DNA of 24,000 bases from an uncultured phage cr272_1, in the sequence record NC_055903.1. One strand, given 5' to 3'. The position numbers were made by a program, and so were the translations under genes. The stretch's first letter is position 1; each line of letters begins with the position of its first letter. Shown piece after piece: positions 1-6,988 of the stretch. A model generated the notes under the pieces. The model was not told where the DNA came from and did no database searches. It was given only the letters and a program-made list of their open reading frames with translations.

Positions 1-1
1 G

Positions 2-75
2 TGGACCAGCTAGGGCTTGAACCTAGGACCTCCAGATTATGAGTCTGTTGCTCTAACCAACTGAGCTACAAGTCC
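2..75 (-). tRNA. tRNA-Met (anticodon CAT)
   Basis: Reverse complement GGACTTG-TA-GCTCAGTTGGTTAGAGC-A-ACAGACTCATAATCTGG-AGGTC-CTAGGTTCAAGCCCTAG-CTGGTCC-A folds as a cloverleaf; anticodon loop CTCATAA gives CAT. One T-T mismatch in the acceptor stem. Confidence 0.9.
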
Positions 76-101
76 TTATTAGATGATTGCCACATTAAAA
101 A

Positions 102-131
102 CACTAACCGCGTTTCACAACGAAGTTAGTG
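102..131 (-). terminator. Intrinsic terminator-like hairpin with GNRA loop
   Basis: Minus strand CACTAAC-TT-CGTT-GTGA-AACG-CG-GTTAGTG followed by TTTTT, just upstream of tRNA-Met. Confidence 0.65.
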
Positions 132-188
132 GTCGTAGCAAATAACAGAAGATTTTAATAAATGGGGTTTGGCTTAATAAAAGTTTTG

Positions 189-257
189 TGCGTCTTATGA
201 GGCTCAAACTCATATCTACACACAAGTGTGTTGTGTTATCAGTTACACTAAAGACGC
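189..257 (-). other. tRNA-like element / degenerate tRNA without a normal 7-nt anticodon loop
   Basis: Minus strand GCGTCTT-TA-GTGTAACTGATAACAC-A-ACACA-CTTG-TGTGT-AGAT-ATGAGTTTGAGCCTCAT-AAGACGC-A: perfect 7-bp acceptor, 4-bp D stem, 5-bp T stem with TTTGAGC loop, but the anticodon arm pairs as 5 bp with a 4-nt loop. Confidence 0.5.
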
Positions 258-471
258 TGGCACTTAGGTAGCCTTCACCGACTTTACGCTGCCTCCTGGA
301 GGCCCGTATAGTCTACAACGTTAATGTTGCCAGTTATATATAGTCAATACGCTTAATGTATTTACTTCCACCAACAATCAAACCCAAATCGCGCCCGTTT
401 TCGGTTCGGTTGTTTTTACATCTCGCGGTAGAACCGAAAATGTCATGGATGGTTCCTCGTGCACTGCGAAC

Positions 472-497
472 GTGGACGTGGAGGGATTCGAACCCTC
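472..497 (-). other. tRNA 3'-end-like T-arm/acceptor fragment
   Basis: Minus strand GAGGG-TTCGAAT-CCCTC-CACGTCC-A-C is a textbook T-arm plus acceptor 3' half, but no matching 5' half (GGACGTG-like) was found nearby. Confidence 0.45.
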
Positions 498-570
498 GTC
501 TTGCTGGTATAACTCATACGCGTAATTGAATTCTTGTAGGTATAATGTTGATCGGACAAAATACCTTAAA

Positions 571-673
571 TAAGGCCATTTAAAGCCTCTCTGACGCATT
601 TCTTATGGTGTTGTGGGTAGCTAATCCACTTCATCACTTGAAACGCATTAGAGAGGCTTATTTTTAGCCTTTA
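571..673 (-). ncRNA. Long imperfect hairpin, candidate structured RNA
   Basis: 583-602 AAGCCTCTCTGACGCATTTC pairs with 640-659 GAAACGCATTAGAGAGGCTT, with inner GTGG/CCAC and outer AAGGC/GCCTT pairings; no supported ORF. Confidence 0.4.
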
Positions 674-980
674 AATACATACTTTACTCGCGTGACTCTG
701 AGGCTCTTGCGAAGCATGCTACGTTTTTGATATATCGTGTGGATTATAAATAATCCGACTCAATGGTTCAGCACGACAAAATTGATCTAACGGTGTATAG
801 TTTTACTTCCGTACACACAGAAGGTTTGTTCCACGTGGCTCTAAGGCTCTTGCGTTAACGTTAATTCGTTAATGTTTACACGGTAATACTCTGTCGCCCC
901 TGCGAGTTCTTCTTACCCAAGTGTAAACCTCACATATGGTTCTAAGACTCGATGTGGTGAACATAGAATTGTACCTGGGT

Positions 981-1436
981 TTAATAATCCCATTCACAAC
1001 GATACTGCCACTGGCCAGTGTATGAGCGACGTAACTCGTTCATATTCTTAGTCAATTCATCATCAGCCTTCGACATAGCGTCGGCTTTCTCTTTTGCGGC
1101 GTCTTTGCGCAGGTTTTTGTACTCCGATGGAGTGATCTTTCCACCGAGCAACTGGTCTAAGAGATCCTTACTCTTAGCGAGTGCTGCTTTGGTGATCTTC
1201 TCCTCGGCACGACGTGCACGTAAGTTGATCAGCTCTTTGGTGTTGATGTACTTAGCACACATGATGGCGTCTTTAGCCTCTCTTTTGCGTGCTTCGTCCT
1301 GCTCCTTCTCAATTTCGTCCAGAGCGGCCGATACATTCTTGTCCTTGAGCAGGTTACCAGCTTTAACCTGTTCAACTACGTTTTCTTCGTTAACTACTAC
1401 TTCCTGTGTCTTGTTGTTTTTTGTTTTTTCTGCCAT
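981..1436 (-). CDS. Conserved-type hypothetical phage protein, charged/helical (151 aa)
   Basis: Complete ORF, TAA stop, preceded by the shared TTATC-AAA-ATG leader; coherent minus-strand gene block. Confidence 0.8.
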   Translation of the reverse strand: MAEKTKNNKTQEVVVNEENVVEQVKAGNLLKDKNVSAALDEIEKEQDEARKREAKDAIMCAKYINTKELINLRARRAEEKITKAALAKSKDLLDQLLGGKITPSEYKNLRKDAAKEKADAMSKADDELTKNMNELRRSYTGQWQYRCEWDY

Positions 1437-1587
1437 TTTGATAACGGTTTTAAATTGTTTAACATATTATTTAACTCTGCTATAATAGCCAAGTTCTTCT
1501 TCGTACATTGCGTTTTTGTGTTTAACGTTACGCACGTACGGTCTTGCGTTTGCGTGTCTTAATTTTTCAGGATTACACGCATACTTT

Positions 1588-2109
1588 TTAACACCCGAAT
1601 ACATAATCTAGCGGATTTATTTCAGTGTTGCGGACCTGATTGATTGCTGCGATGATTGTTGGTGTAATGCCGTATTTTACACATAACGTCGAGTCTGTGT
1701 TTATGACATTATTGCACAGTATTTCTACCGCAGTAATCAGTTCTTTATCGCACTGATTTTGTCTTGCGTTAGCTACTGCTGTTATCAACGCTAGGGTGAA
1801 ACTAACAATGTTTCTGTCAGGTCCCACAAGTGTATCCGCAAAGCGCATACCTATATAGGTAAGTGCTTTATCTACTGGGCTTTCGGCGATTTTTGCCGGT
1901 ACTTTTACGTTCAGACTGGCTTTCTTTACAGCCAATCCGCTTATCAACAGTTCTTCAGCTTCTTTCGCTGTTATCAACGAAATAGCTGCTTTTTTGTTAC
2001 CAGATATTACTCCAGATTTTTCAATTACTGACATAATATCAGCAACGTCCTTATCAGAGATTGGTTTTCCGAAGTATGCAATGACAATTCTTTGTCCGTC
2101 CATAGTCAT
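1588..2109 (-). CDS. Hypothetical protein (173 aa)
   Basis: Complete ORF, overlaps the stop of the next gene at 2106 (translational coupling). Confidence 0.8.
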   Translation of the reverse strand: MTMDGQRIVIAYFGKPISDKDVADIMSVIEKSGVISGNKKAAISLITAKEAEELLISGLAVKKASLNVKVPAKIAESPVDKALTYIGMRFADTLVGPDRNIVSFTLALITAVANARQNQCDKELITAVEILCNNVINTDSTLCVKYGITPTIIAAINQVRNTEINPLDYVFGC

Positions 2110-2585
2110 TTAGTTTTTTTAGGATAGAGAATTGTGTCATGTACAATTGCGGAATCGCATCGCGCAGATACAGGTGGGTAATCTTCTATTTTATTTCCAT
2201 TACTATCTTCTGCTTGATGTGCTACATCTGGTATGTTGTCATAGATTTCAGGATGCGTGAAATATTCTCTTGTGAATGTTTCAAGAGTACAACATCCGTC
2301 TCTGTCTATAACAGTTTTTGCAATGGTACGAACTACATTCTCGTTCAATTCCATGAGTGTGTACTCATAGTTAGCCTTGTCCATTGCGTGAAGTTTATAC
2401 TTCACAATTTCAGGCACAGTATTAAATACTGGGGTAGCAGCGCTATCTACAGCATCCAATACTTCTTGTTTTGTGAGCATTCCCTTTGGGTTAATTACTC
2501 CTGTGCGCATTCCGCCCACAATAACACACGTTGCTAACAATGTAGATGCTACGAGTGTTACAACAAAAGTTGCTAATTTTTCCAT
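2106..2585 (-). CDS. Hypothetical protein with N-terminal transmembrane/signal segment (159 aa)
   Basis: ORF with hydrophobic N-terminus (FVVTLVASTLLATCVIVGG); conserved leader upstream. Confidence 0.8.
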   Translation of the reverse strand: MEKLATFVVTLVASTLLATCVIVGGMRTGVINPKGMLTKQEVLDAVDSAATPVFNTVPEIVKYKLHAMDKANYEYTLMELNENVVRTIAKTVIDRDGCCTLETFTREYFTHPEIYDNIPDVAHQAEDSNGNKIEDYPPVSARCDSAIVHDTILYPKKTK

Positions 2586-2754
2586 TTTGATAATGTTTTT
2601 AATTTAAAAATTTGTTAATTATCCGTTTTAGGTACGGAAACCTTATATAGATAGAGAGTGTGTATCAGCATACACATTAACAGCTCCTCCTTTCCCCGTG
2701 TTAGGTTATCTGTTAGAGTTGTACTTGTCCACACTCTCAATTATTTCTTACAAA

Positions 2755-2786
2755 AACAACGGCGTGTTTCGCAACAGACCGTTGTT
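2755..2786 (-). terminator. Terminator-like hairpin with GNRA loop
   Basis: Minus AACAACGG-TC-TGTT-GCGA-AACA-CG-CCGTTGTT followed by TTTG. Confidence 0.6.
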
Positions 2787-2944
2787 CGACATAACGCTTT
2801 ACGTCTTTTTTGCTTATGGTCAAACATCTAAATCATAACTAAAATACATAAAAGAAGCATTATACCTTCTCATCATTCGTACTTACGTACTTGCGGGCTT
2901 GAAGTTTCCGCTTTAGCTGATTTCTATATAATGTTTATACACCC

Positions 2945-2965
2945 CGACTAGTTCAGGGCTAGTCG
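2945..2965. repeat. Inverted repeat CGACTAG/CTAGTCG (hairpin) after gene 2978-3163
   Basis: 7-bp perfect stem, 7-nt loop; no clear T-tract. Confidence 0.5.
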
Positions 2966-2977
2966 AGGTGTGCTAAG

Positions 2978-3163
2978 TTATGCTCGTTTAAGCAATATGG
3001 ATGTTTCATAACAGGACAATCGTGATTTACCTGTTTTTTGATTAATGGTGCCAGGACATGCAAAATCGTTTTCGAATGCGCATCCTTTGCAGCCATTCGT
3101 TCTTTTATGTGCTCTGTAGAGTATATTGTTTATTCTACAGATTTGTCCGGGTTTCAGTTTCAT
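2978..3163 (-). CDS. Small cysteine-containing protein, possible Zn-binding (61 aa)
   Basis: MKLKPGQICRINNILYRAHKRTNGCKGCAFENDFACPGTINQKTGKSRLSCYETSILLKRA; CKGC...C...C pattern. Confidence 0.65.
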   Translation of the reverse strand: MKLKPGQICRINNILYRAHKRTNGCKGCAFENDFACPGTINQKTGKSRLSCYETSILLKRA

Positions 3164-3626
3164 CGTATACAGATGCTATGTGTTGGTTTAATTCCAATTT
3201 TATTAGCAATTCTTTAGATGGGAATCTATTAACTTTTGCGTGTGCAAAGTGATTGTCTTTTATACGTACTATTCGCATCACTCTTTCGTATGTAAAGTAA
3301 TGTTTTTCTCTAGTGCGGAAGTTTTGTATACATACCAGGTCATATACACTTTCTGGTAGTTTATCCCACATAGAGTCTACTTTATGTACAATGAATTGTG
3401 CGTTGTTGTTAACTGCTTTGTTAATTGCTTCAACACTAGCACAAACATGACATACTTTACACAGATATACTCGTTTTTTCGATATTATTTCGAGTTCCTG
3501 AGTAACATCTGCAAGATCTCTTGCATACACACAATGTTTTGTAGTTGCTAATACTACATAATACGCTCCAAGAATAATTCCTGTTGGAGTCTTTTTGCGA
3601 ATAACGCATCCTTTCTCTAAAATCAT
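3135..3626 (-). CDS. Hypothetical protein (163 aa); ends in TAG, or at TAA 3105 if TAG is read through
   Basis: Complete ORF coupled to 3623-4003; stop codon at 3135-3137 is TAG. Confidence 0.75.
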   Translation of the reverse strand: MILEKGCVIRKKTPTGIILGAYYVVLATTKHCVYARDLADVTQELEIISKKRVYLCKVCHVCASVEAINKAVNNNAQFIVHKVDSMWDKLPESVYDLVCIQNFRTREKHYFTYERVMRIVRIKDNHFAHAKVNRFPSKELLIKLELNQHIASVYDETETRTNL

Positions 3627-4003
3627 TTTATTATGTACTTTGGTTTAACTTTTATTATAGATTGTATTTGTCCATTCCGTAATTTGATTCCAAGAGAAGG
3701 TGACAGATTGTGTTTTTTACACAATTGTAGATAAGCGTATACGCTTTCAGACACAGGAATAATATCTGAGATATCCTGTTTTTTGCTATTGTAAACCGCA
3801 TATGTTCTTGGTTTTCCAGAAGGACTTTTCTGAGATATCAAGGATTCAATGCAATTTGAATAGCATACGATGGTGTCAATTTTTGCAATACGTTTTTGTG
3901 CTGATATTCTTCCTAAGAACATACCAAAAAACATAAATGCAATAATTAATGCAAGCCATATCCAGGCCATTACATTAACTTTCTTTTCTTCTTCTTCGTT
4001 CAT
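3623..4003 (-). CDS. Small membrane-anchored hypothetical protein (126 aa)
   Basis: ORF with TM segment WIWLALIIAFMFFGMFLG, shared TTATCAAA leader upstream. Confidence 0.75.
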   Translation of the reverse strand: MNEEEEKKVNVMAWIWLALIIAFMFFGMFLGRISAQKRIAKIDTIVCYSNCIESLISQKSPSGKPRTYAVYNSKKQDISDIIPVSESVYAYLQLCKKHNLSPSLGIKLRNGQIQSIIKVKPKYIIK

Positions 4004-4058
4004 TTTGATAATGCATTATTTTTCTTCAAGACATTAATCCTGCTTGAAGTTCAGGATA

Positions 4059-4277
4059 TTATTGAGTCACTAAGAAGTGACCGTTGAGTTCCAGCCCCAA
4101 TTTAGACATATTGTCTTTAATCGACGCTATCAATACTTTTGCACTATTTGTAGTTGCATTTTTACAAAACAACATGGTTGAAGTGCCCTCTTTGTACCAA
4201 ATCCGTTTTCGTTGATTTGGATCACCAGACCCAGGATTCTTTTTCCTGGGCTGGTGTACGTGGTTAGCGGTTTGCAT
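4059..4277 (-). CDS. Hypothetical small protein (72 aa)
   Basis: ORF overlapping the end of the upstream gene 4264-4680. Confidence 0.55.
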   Translation of the reverse strand: MQTANHVHQPRKKNPGSGDPNQRKRIWYKEGTSTMLFCKNATTNSAKVLIASIKDNMSKLGLELNGHFLVTQ

Positions 4278-4680
4278 TGCGGAATTTCTTCATGACGTCC
4301 ATACTTTCCTGTTTCATGTATGACCAGGTAGCAAGAACGAGAGTTATTCTGTCTGCAACATACTCACACGATTCAGCAAACTTTACAATTGCTTCTACAC
4401 TGGTATTTGTAACAGGCATTGTAAATGTTGCTTGTATGGCATACGGCCATTCTTTCTTAGAGTGTATGTTTCTGTTTTCTGCCAGACACACGCTATCCAA
4501 GAATGGACATAACTTTTTGGCATCTGCAAGAGTTCTATCCGTAAAATATGGATAGGCTACAGGCCAATTTACTTTTGTGAGATTGTGAGTTGTAAGTTGT
4601 ACCTTACAATCAACGATTGCCACATTAGTGAGGTTTTTTACTACATGATGTACCATGTTTACACCGGATTGTTCTTCCAT
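4264..4680 (-). CDS. Hypothetical protein (138 aa)
   Basis: Complete ORF with conserved leader and upstream TAGCAGAGTTAAAT element. Confidence 0.75.
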   Translation of the reverse strand: MEEQSGVNMVHHVVKNLTNVAIVDCKVQLTTHNLTKVNWPVAYPYFTDRTLADAKKLCPFLDSVCLAENRNIHSKKEWPYAIQATFTMPVTNTSVEAIVKFAESCEYVADRITLVLATWSYMKQESMDVMKKFRNANR

Positions 4681-4753
4681 TTTGATAATGTTTTTTAATT
4701 TAAACCGTAGACCATTTAACTCTGCTACGGTATCAGAGCTTTAGAGATAGGAA

Positions 4754-4936
4754 TCACCACACAAAGAGCCATGTTAAGGTTACAACGGTGATACATACAA
4801 CGACTATTTTAATGGCTGCGTTTTCTATACACGCTGACCATTTTTCTACATCAAAGTCCATTTTCAAGTTCGTTGATTCTGTACTTTGACGTTTTGATGT
4901 CGCTCCAAATCTGGGAATCATCTGGTGAGATACCAT
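4754..4936 (-). CDS. Small protein with C-terminal TM segment (60 aa)
   Basis: ORF ending ...IKIVVVCITVVTLTWLFVW. Confidence 0.5.
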   Translation of the reverse strand: MVSHQMIPRFGATSKRQSTESTNLKMDFDVEKWSACIENAAIKIVVVCITVVTLTWLFVW

Positions 4937-5108
4937 ATTCTTTTATGATATACTCATAGTTTCCTACTAGAATTGGGTATTCCTCTGACAACTCCTGCAA
5001 TGTTTCTTTACGAATTTCATCACACTTGATTTTGTTGTCCATGAAGCCTATTATTATGGCTTCAACCATTACTGCTACAAATAGCACCGATACACCGATC
5101 TTTTTCAT
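4851..5108 (-). CDS. Small membrane-anchored protein (85 aa)
   Basis: MKKIGVSVLFVAVMVEAIIIGFM... N-terminal TM; start overlaps the stop of the 5105-5290 ORF. Confidence 0.65.
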   Translation of the reverse strand: MKKIGVSVLFVAVMVEAIIIGFMDNKIKCDEIRKETLQELSEEYPILVGNYEYIIKEYGISPDDSQIWSDIKTSKYRINELENGL

Positions 5109-5290
5109 TTGTGATAAACGATGGTTAAAATTATGAAACTAATTGTTAGAACCCATGTTAATGCTGCATAAGTATATGCTAATGCTGCACACATATGATT
5201 TCTTTTTGGGTATTTTTCAACCCATTTCGTGAGTACGCATGCGTATATCACGAACATTAAATCAACTACTATGAGAATTACGCTATTCAT
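5105..5290 (-). CDS. Small two-TM protein (61 aa)
   Basis: Hydrophobic segments at both ends; overlapping stop/start with the next gene. Confidence 0.6.
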   Translation of the reverse strand: MNSVILIVVDLMFVIYACVLTKWVEKYPKRNHMCAALAYTYAALTWVLTISFIILTIVYHK

Positions 5291-5339
5291 ATATAATATA
5301 TATTTAGATATTGATTATCGAATATTATCTAACAAAAAA

Positions 5340-5365
5340 CAGACCTATTCTCACGAACCAGTCTG
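5340..5365 (-). terminator. GNRA-loop terminator-like hairpin, copy 1 of a local pair
   Basis: Minus CAGAC-TGG-TTC-GTGA-GAA-TAG-GTCTG then TTTTTT. Confidence 0.7.
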
Positions 5366-5425
5366 CTAAATCGTAACGTTGGGAATTGCTTGTATGTAAA
5401 ACCAAATAAAAGTACTAATTAAAAA

Positions 5426-5451
5426 CAAGCCTACCCTCACGGGCAAGCCTG
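5426..5451 (-). terminator. GNRA-loop terminator-like hairpin, copy 2 of a local pair
   Basis: Minus CAGGC-TTG-CCC-GTGA-GGG-TAG-GCTTG then TTTTT; same length and architecture as copy 1 with compensatory changes. Confidence 0.7.
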
Positions 5452-5563
5452 TTTAGAGTCATGAGCATTTATTAAATAAATTTATTTTTAGGATTACGCT
5501 TAATCCCGACACGTACGTGTTTCGTCTTAATTTTCAAAGACTCATCAGGGGATTTTTAAAAAT

Positions 5564-5608
5564 GCTTGTCTAATTCCAAGCTGCCAATCACTCTTTATAG
5601 CTGTGATT
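5564..5608 (-). ncRNA. Copy A of repeated hairpin family
   Basis: Minus AATCAC..GTGATT-GGCA-GCTTG-GAATTAGA-CAAGC-ATTTTT. Confidence 0.5.
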
Positions 5609-5626
5609 ATTCTATTTTCGTCTATA

Positions 5627-5908
5627 CTATTCATCATCTTTTACTTTATGAAATCCATCAAAAGCATCGATTTTGAAAAGTATTTCAAAGTTCGGGCTAA
5701 GTCTCTTTCCATCAATAGCAGAATAAACTTCTTTTTGTTGCTCTATAACAACTGTAAGAAGTTCTTCTTTTGCATATTTTTTGTAAAGTTTCTTAGCTTC
5801 AGAAATCGCTTGAGATTTAGACAAATAAATGCCATAATTCTCATACATGAAAGGTGGATAATCCCACCTTTCAAGTGCGTATCTTACGATAAATATTGGT
5901 ACTTTCAT
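5627..5908 (-). CDS. Hypothetical protein (93 aa), ends in TAG
   Basis: Good ORF; stop at 5627-5629 is TAG, readthrough would end at TGA 5588-5590. Confidence 0.65.
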   Translation of the reverse strand: MKVPIFIVRYALERWDYPPFMYENYGIYLSKSQAISEAKKLYKKYAKEELLTVVIEQQKEVYSAIDGKRLSPNFEILFKIDAFDGFHKVKDDE

Positions 5909-5914
5909 AACTAT

Positions 5915-6112
5915 TTATTTAGGTAGCCAACATTGTCCGTAAATACTCCAGACGTAATTATCTTCCATATTTGAAGATAAATCTAATGATTCGCCGAACA
6001 AATCATCATCATTGTCACGAGTTCTAGCCTTGCTAAATTCCTCGTACTGTTCTTTTGTCATTCCCATTGCTGTATTTATTTTAGGAATTGATGTGGATTT
6101 TACAGATTCCAC
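5915..6112 (-). CDS. Hypothetical protein (65 aa)
   Basis: ORF immediately upstream of 5627-5908 on the same strand, acidic small protein. Confidence 0.6.
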   Translation of the reverse strand: MESVKSTSIPKINTAMGMTKEQYEEFSKARTRDNDDDLFGESLDLSSNMEDNYVWSIYGQCWLPK

Positions 6113-6184
6113 TTACTGCGTTTTTATACTAGTTTCTTCTCTAGGTTTTGTGTTTTACACCTAAAACTCACATTGGACTATAAA

Positions 6185-6296
6185 ATAAGAAATTGCCGAT
6201 AACTAGTGGCATGATATTACTTGTGAGTTATCTCGAGTTAGCGTGTGTTACTGTCTCGAGTTCTCTACAAAACCCTTAATAAGGGGAATTTCTTAT
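6185..6296. ncRNA. Candidate multibranched RNA closed by a 10-bp stem
   Basis: ATAAGAAATT (6185-6194) pairs perfectly with AATTTCTTAT (6287-6296), enclosing CCCTT-aat-AAGGG and CTCGAG...CTCGAG. Confidence 0.4.
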
Positions 6297-6471
6297 AATA
6301 TACATAAAGTAAGAAAAACTACGGCGTCCTCAACATCTTGGAAATACTGAAACTAAGGAAGGTTTGATTACTTTTAAGTGTTATACATAACACTCATCCT
6401 GCTGTTGTTACAAACAGCGACCTGATTAATGCTCTTAGCCAATATCTTTTATATTGAGTTTTTTTAAATTT

Positions 6472-6516
6472 GCTCGTCTTTCCAAGCTGCCAACACTTAG
6501 ACACTCCTAGTGATTA
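6472..6516 (-). ncRNA. Copy B of repeated hairpin family
   Basis: Minus AATCACTAGGAGTGTCTAAGTGTTGGCA-GCTTG-GAAAGA-CGAGC; closely matches copy A. Confidence 0.5.
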
Positions 6517-6583
6517 ACCAAGTTTAGTTTTAACTCCTATGTCATAGAGCCTCTCTTTGTTTAATAGCCTGTGAGAGTCAGAC

Positions 6584-6606
6584 CTCTGTCTTTCCAGAGT
6601 GTCAAT
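6584..6606 (-). ncRNA. Copy C of repeated hairpin family
   Basis: Minus TTGACA-CTCTG-GAAAGA-CAGAG. Confidence 0.45.
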
Positions 6607-6706
6607 TTTACGATACCAATGTCAAATACTTTGATAAGACTATTAGTTTCAGCATAAGCTTACTTATCTCCTAAACCACGTAACGGTTGTCTTTATCTTA
6701 GGAGTT

Positions 6707-6729
6707 ACCTGTCTATTCCAGGTTGTCAA
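6707..6729 (-). ncRNA. Copy D of repeated hairpin family
   Basis: Minus TTGACA-ACCTG-GAATAGA-CAGGT. Confidence 0.45.
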
Positions 6730-6821
6730 CACGTTTGACTTATTTTAAATCACGTTGTGTGTTGTGATTGGCTCTAAGATTCGGCTACACTCTCACTTAT
6801 TTATACACGAGAGAGTCGTGT

Positions 6822-6844
6822 ACCTGTCTTTTCAGGCTGCCAAT
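6822..6844 (-). ncRNA. Copy E of repeated hairpin family
   Basis: Minus TTGGCA-GCCTG-AAAAGA-CAGGT (G.U closing pair on the minus strand). Confidence 0.45.
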
Positions 6845-6933
6845 CTTCTGTATCACAGACACAGGTGTTATCCTGTGTTTCGTCCAGTCTCATCAGTGTG
6901 AATTTTAACGTCTCCTGGATGACGTCCCTTAAA

Positions 6934-6988
6934 AAGAGAAACCCTGTAGTCTAGATGCAAGTGATGAGCTCACCTACAGGGCTTTTTC
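6934..6988. terminator. Probable bidirectional intrinsic terminator
   Basis: AAAAAGAGAAACCCTGTAG ... CTACAGGGCTTTTTCT; 8-bp stem CCCTGTAG/CTACAGGG with A-tract and T-tract flanks. Confidence 0.65.

Noticed and set aside
378-599. 73-aa minus-strand ORF from the ORF track
   Set aside because: Its EGSNPSTST segment is the translation of the tRNA T-arm fragment at 472-497 and the region is hairpin-rich; likely spurious.
472-960. tmRNA on the minus strand ending at the T-arm near 472
   Set aside because: The 3' end fits, but no 5' GGG(G)CTGATTCTGG-like start or tag-peptide region could be recognised.
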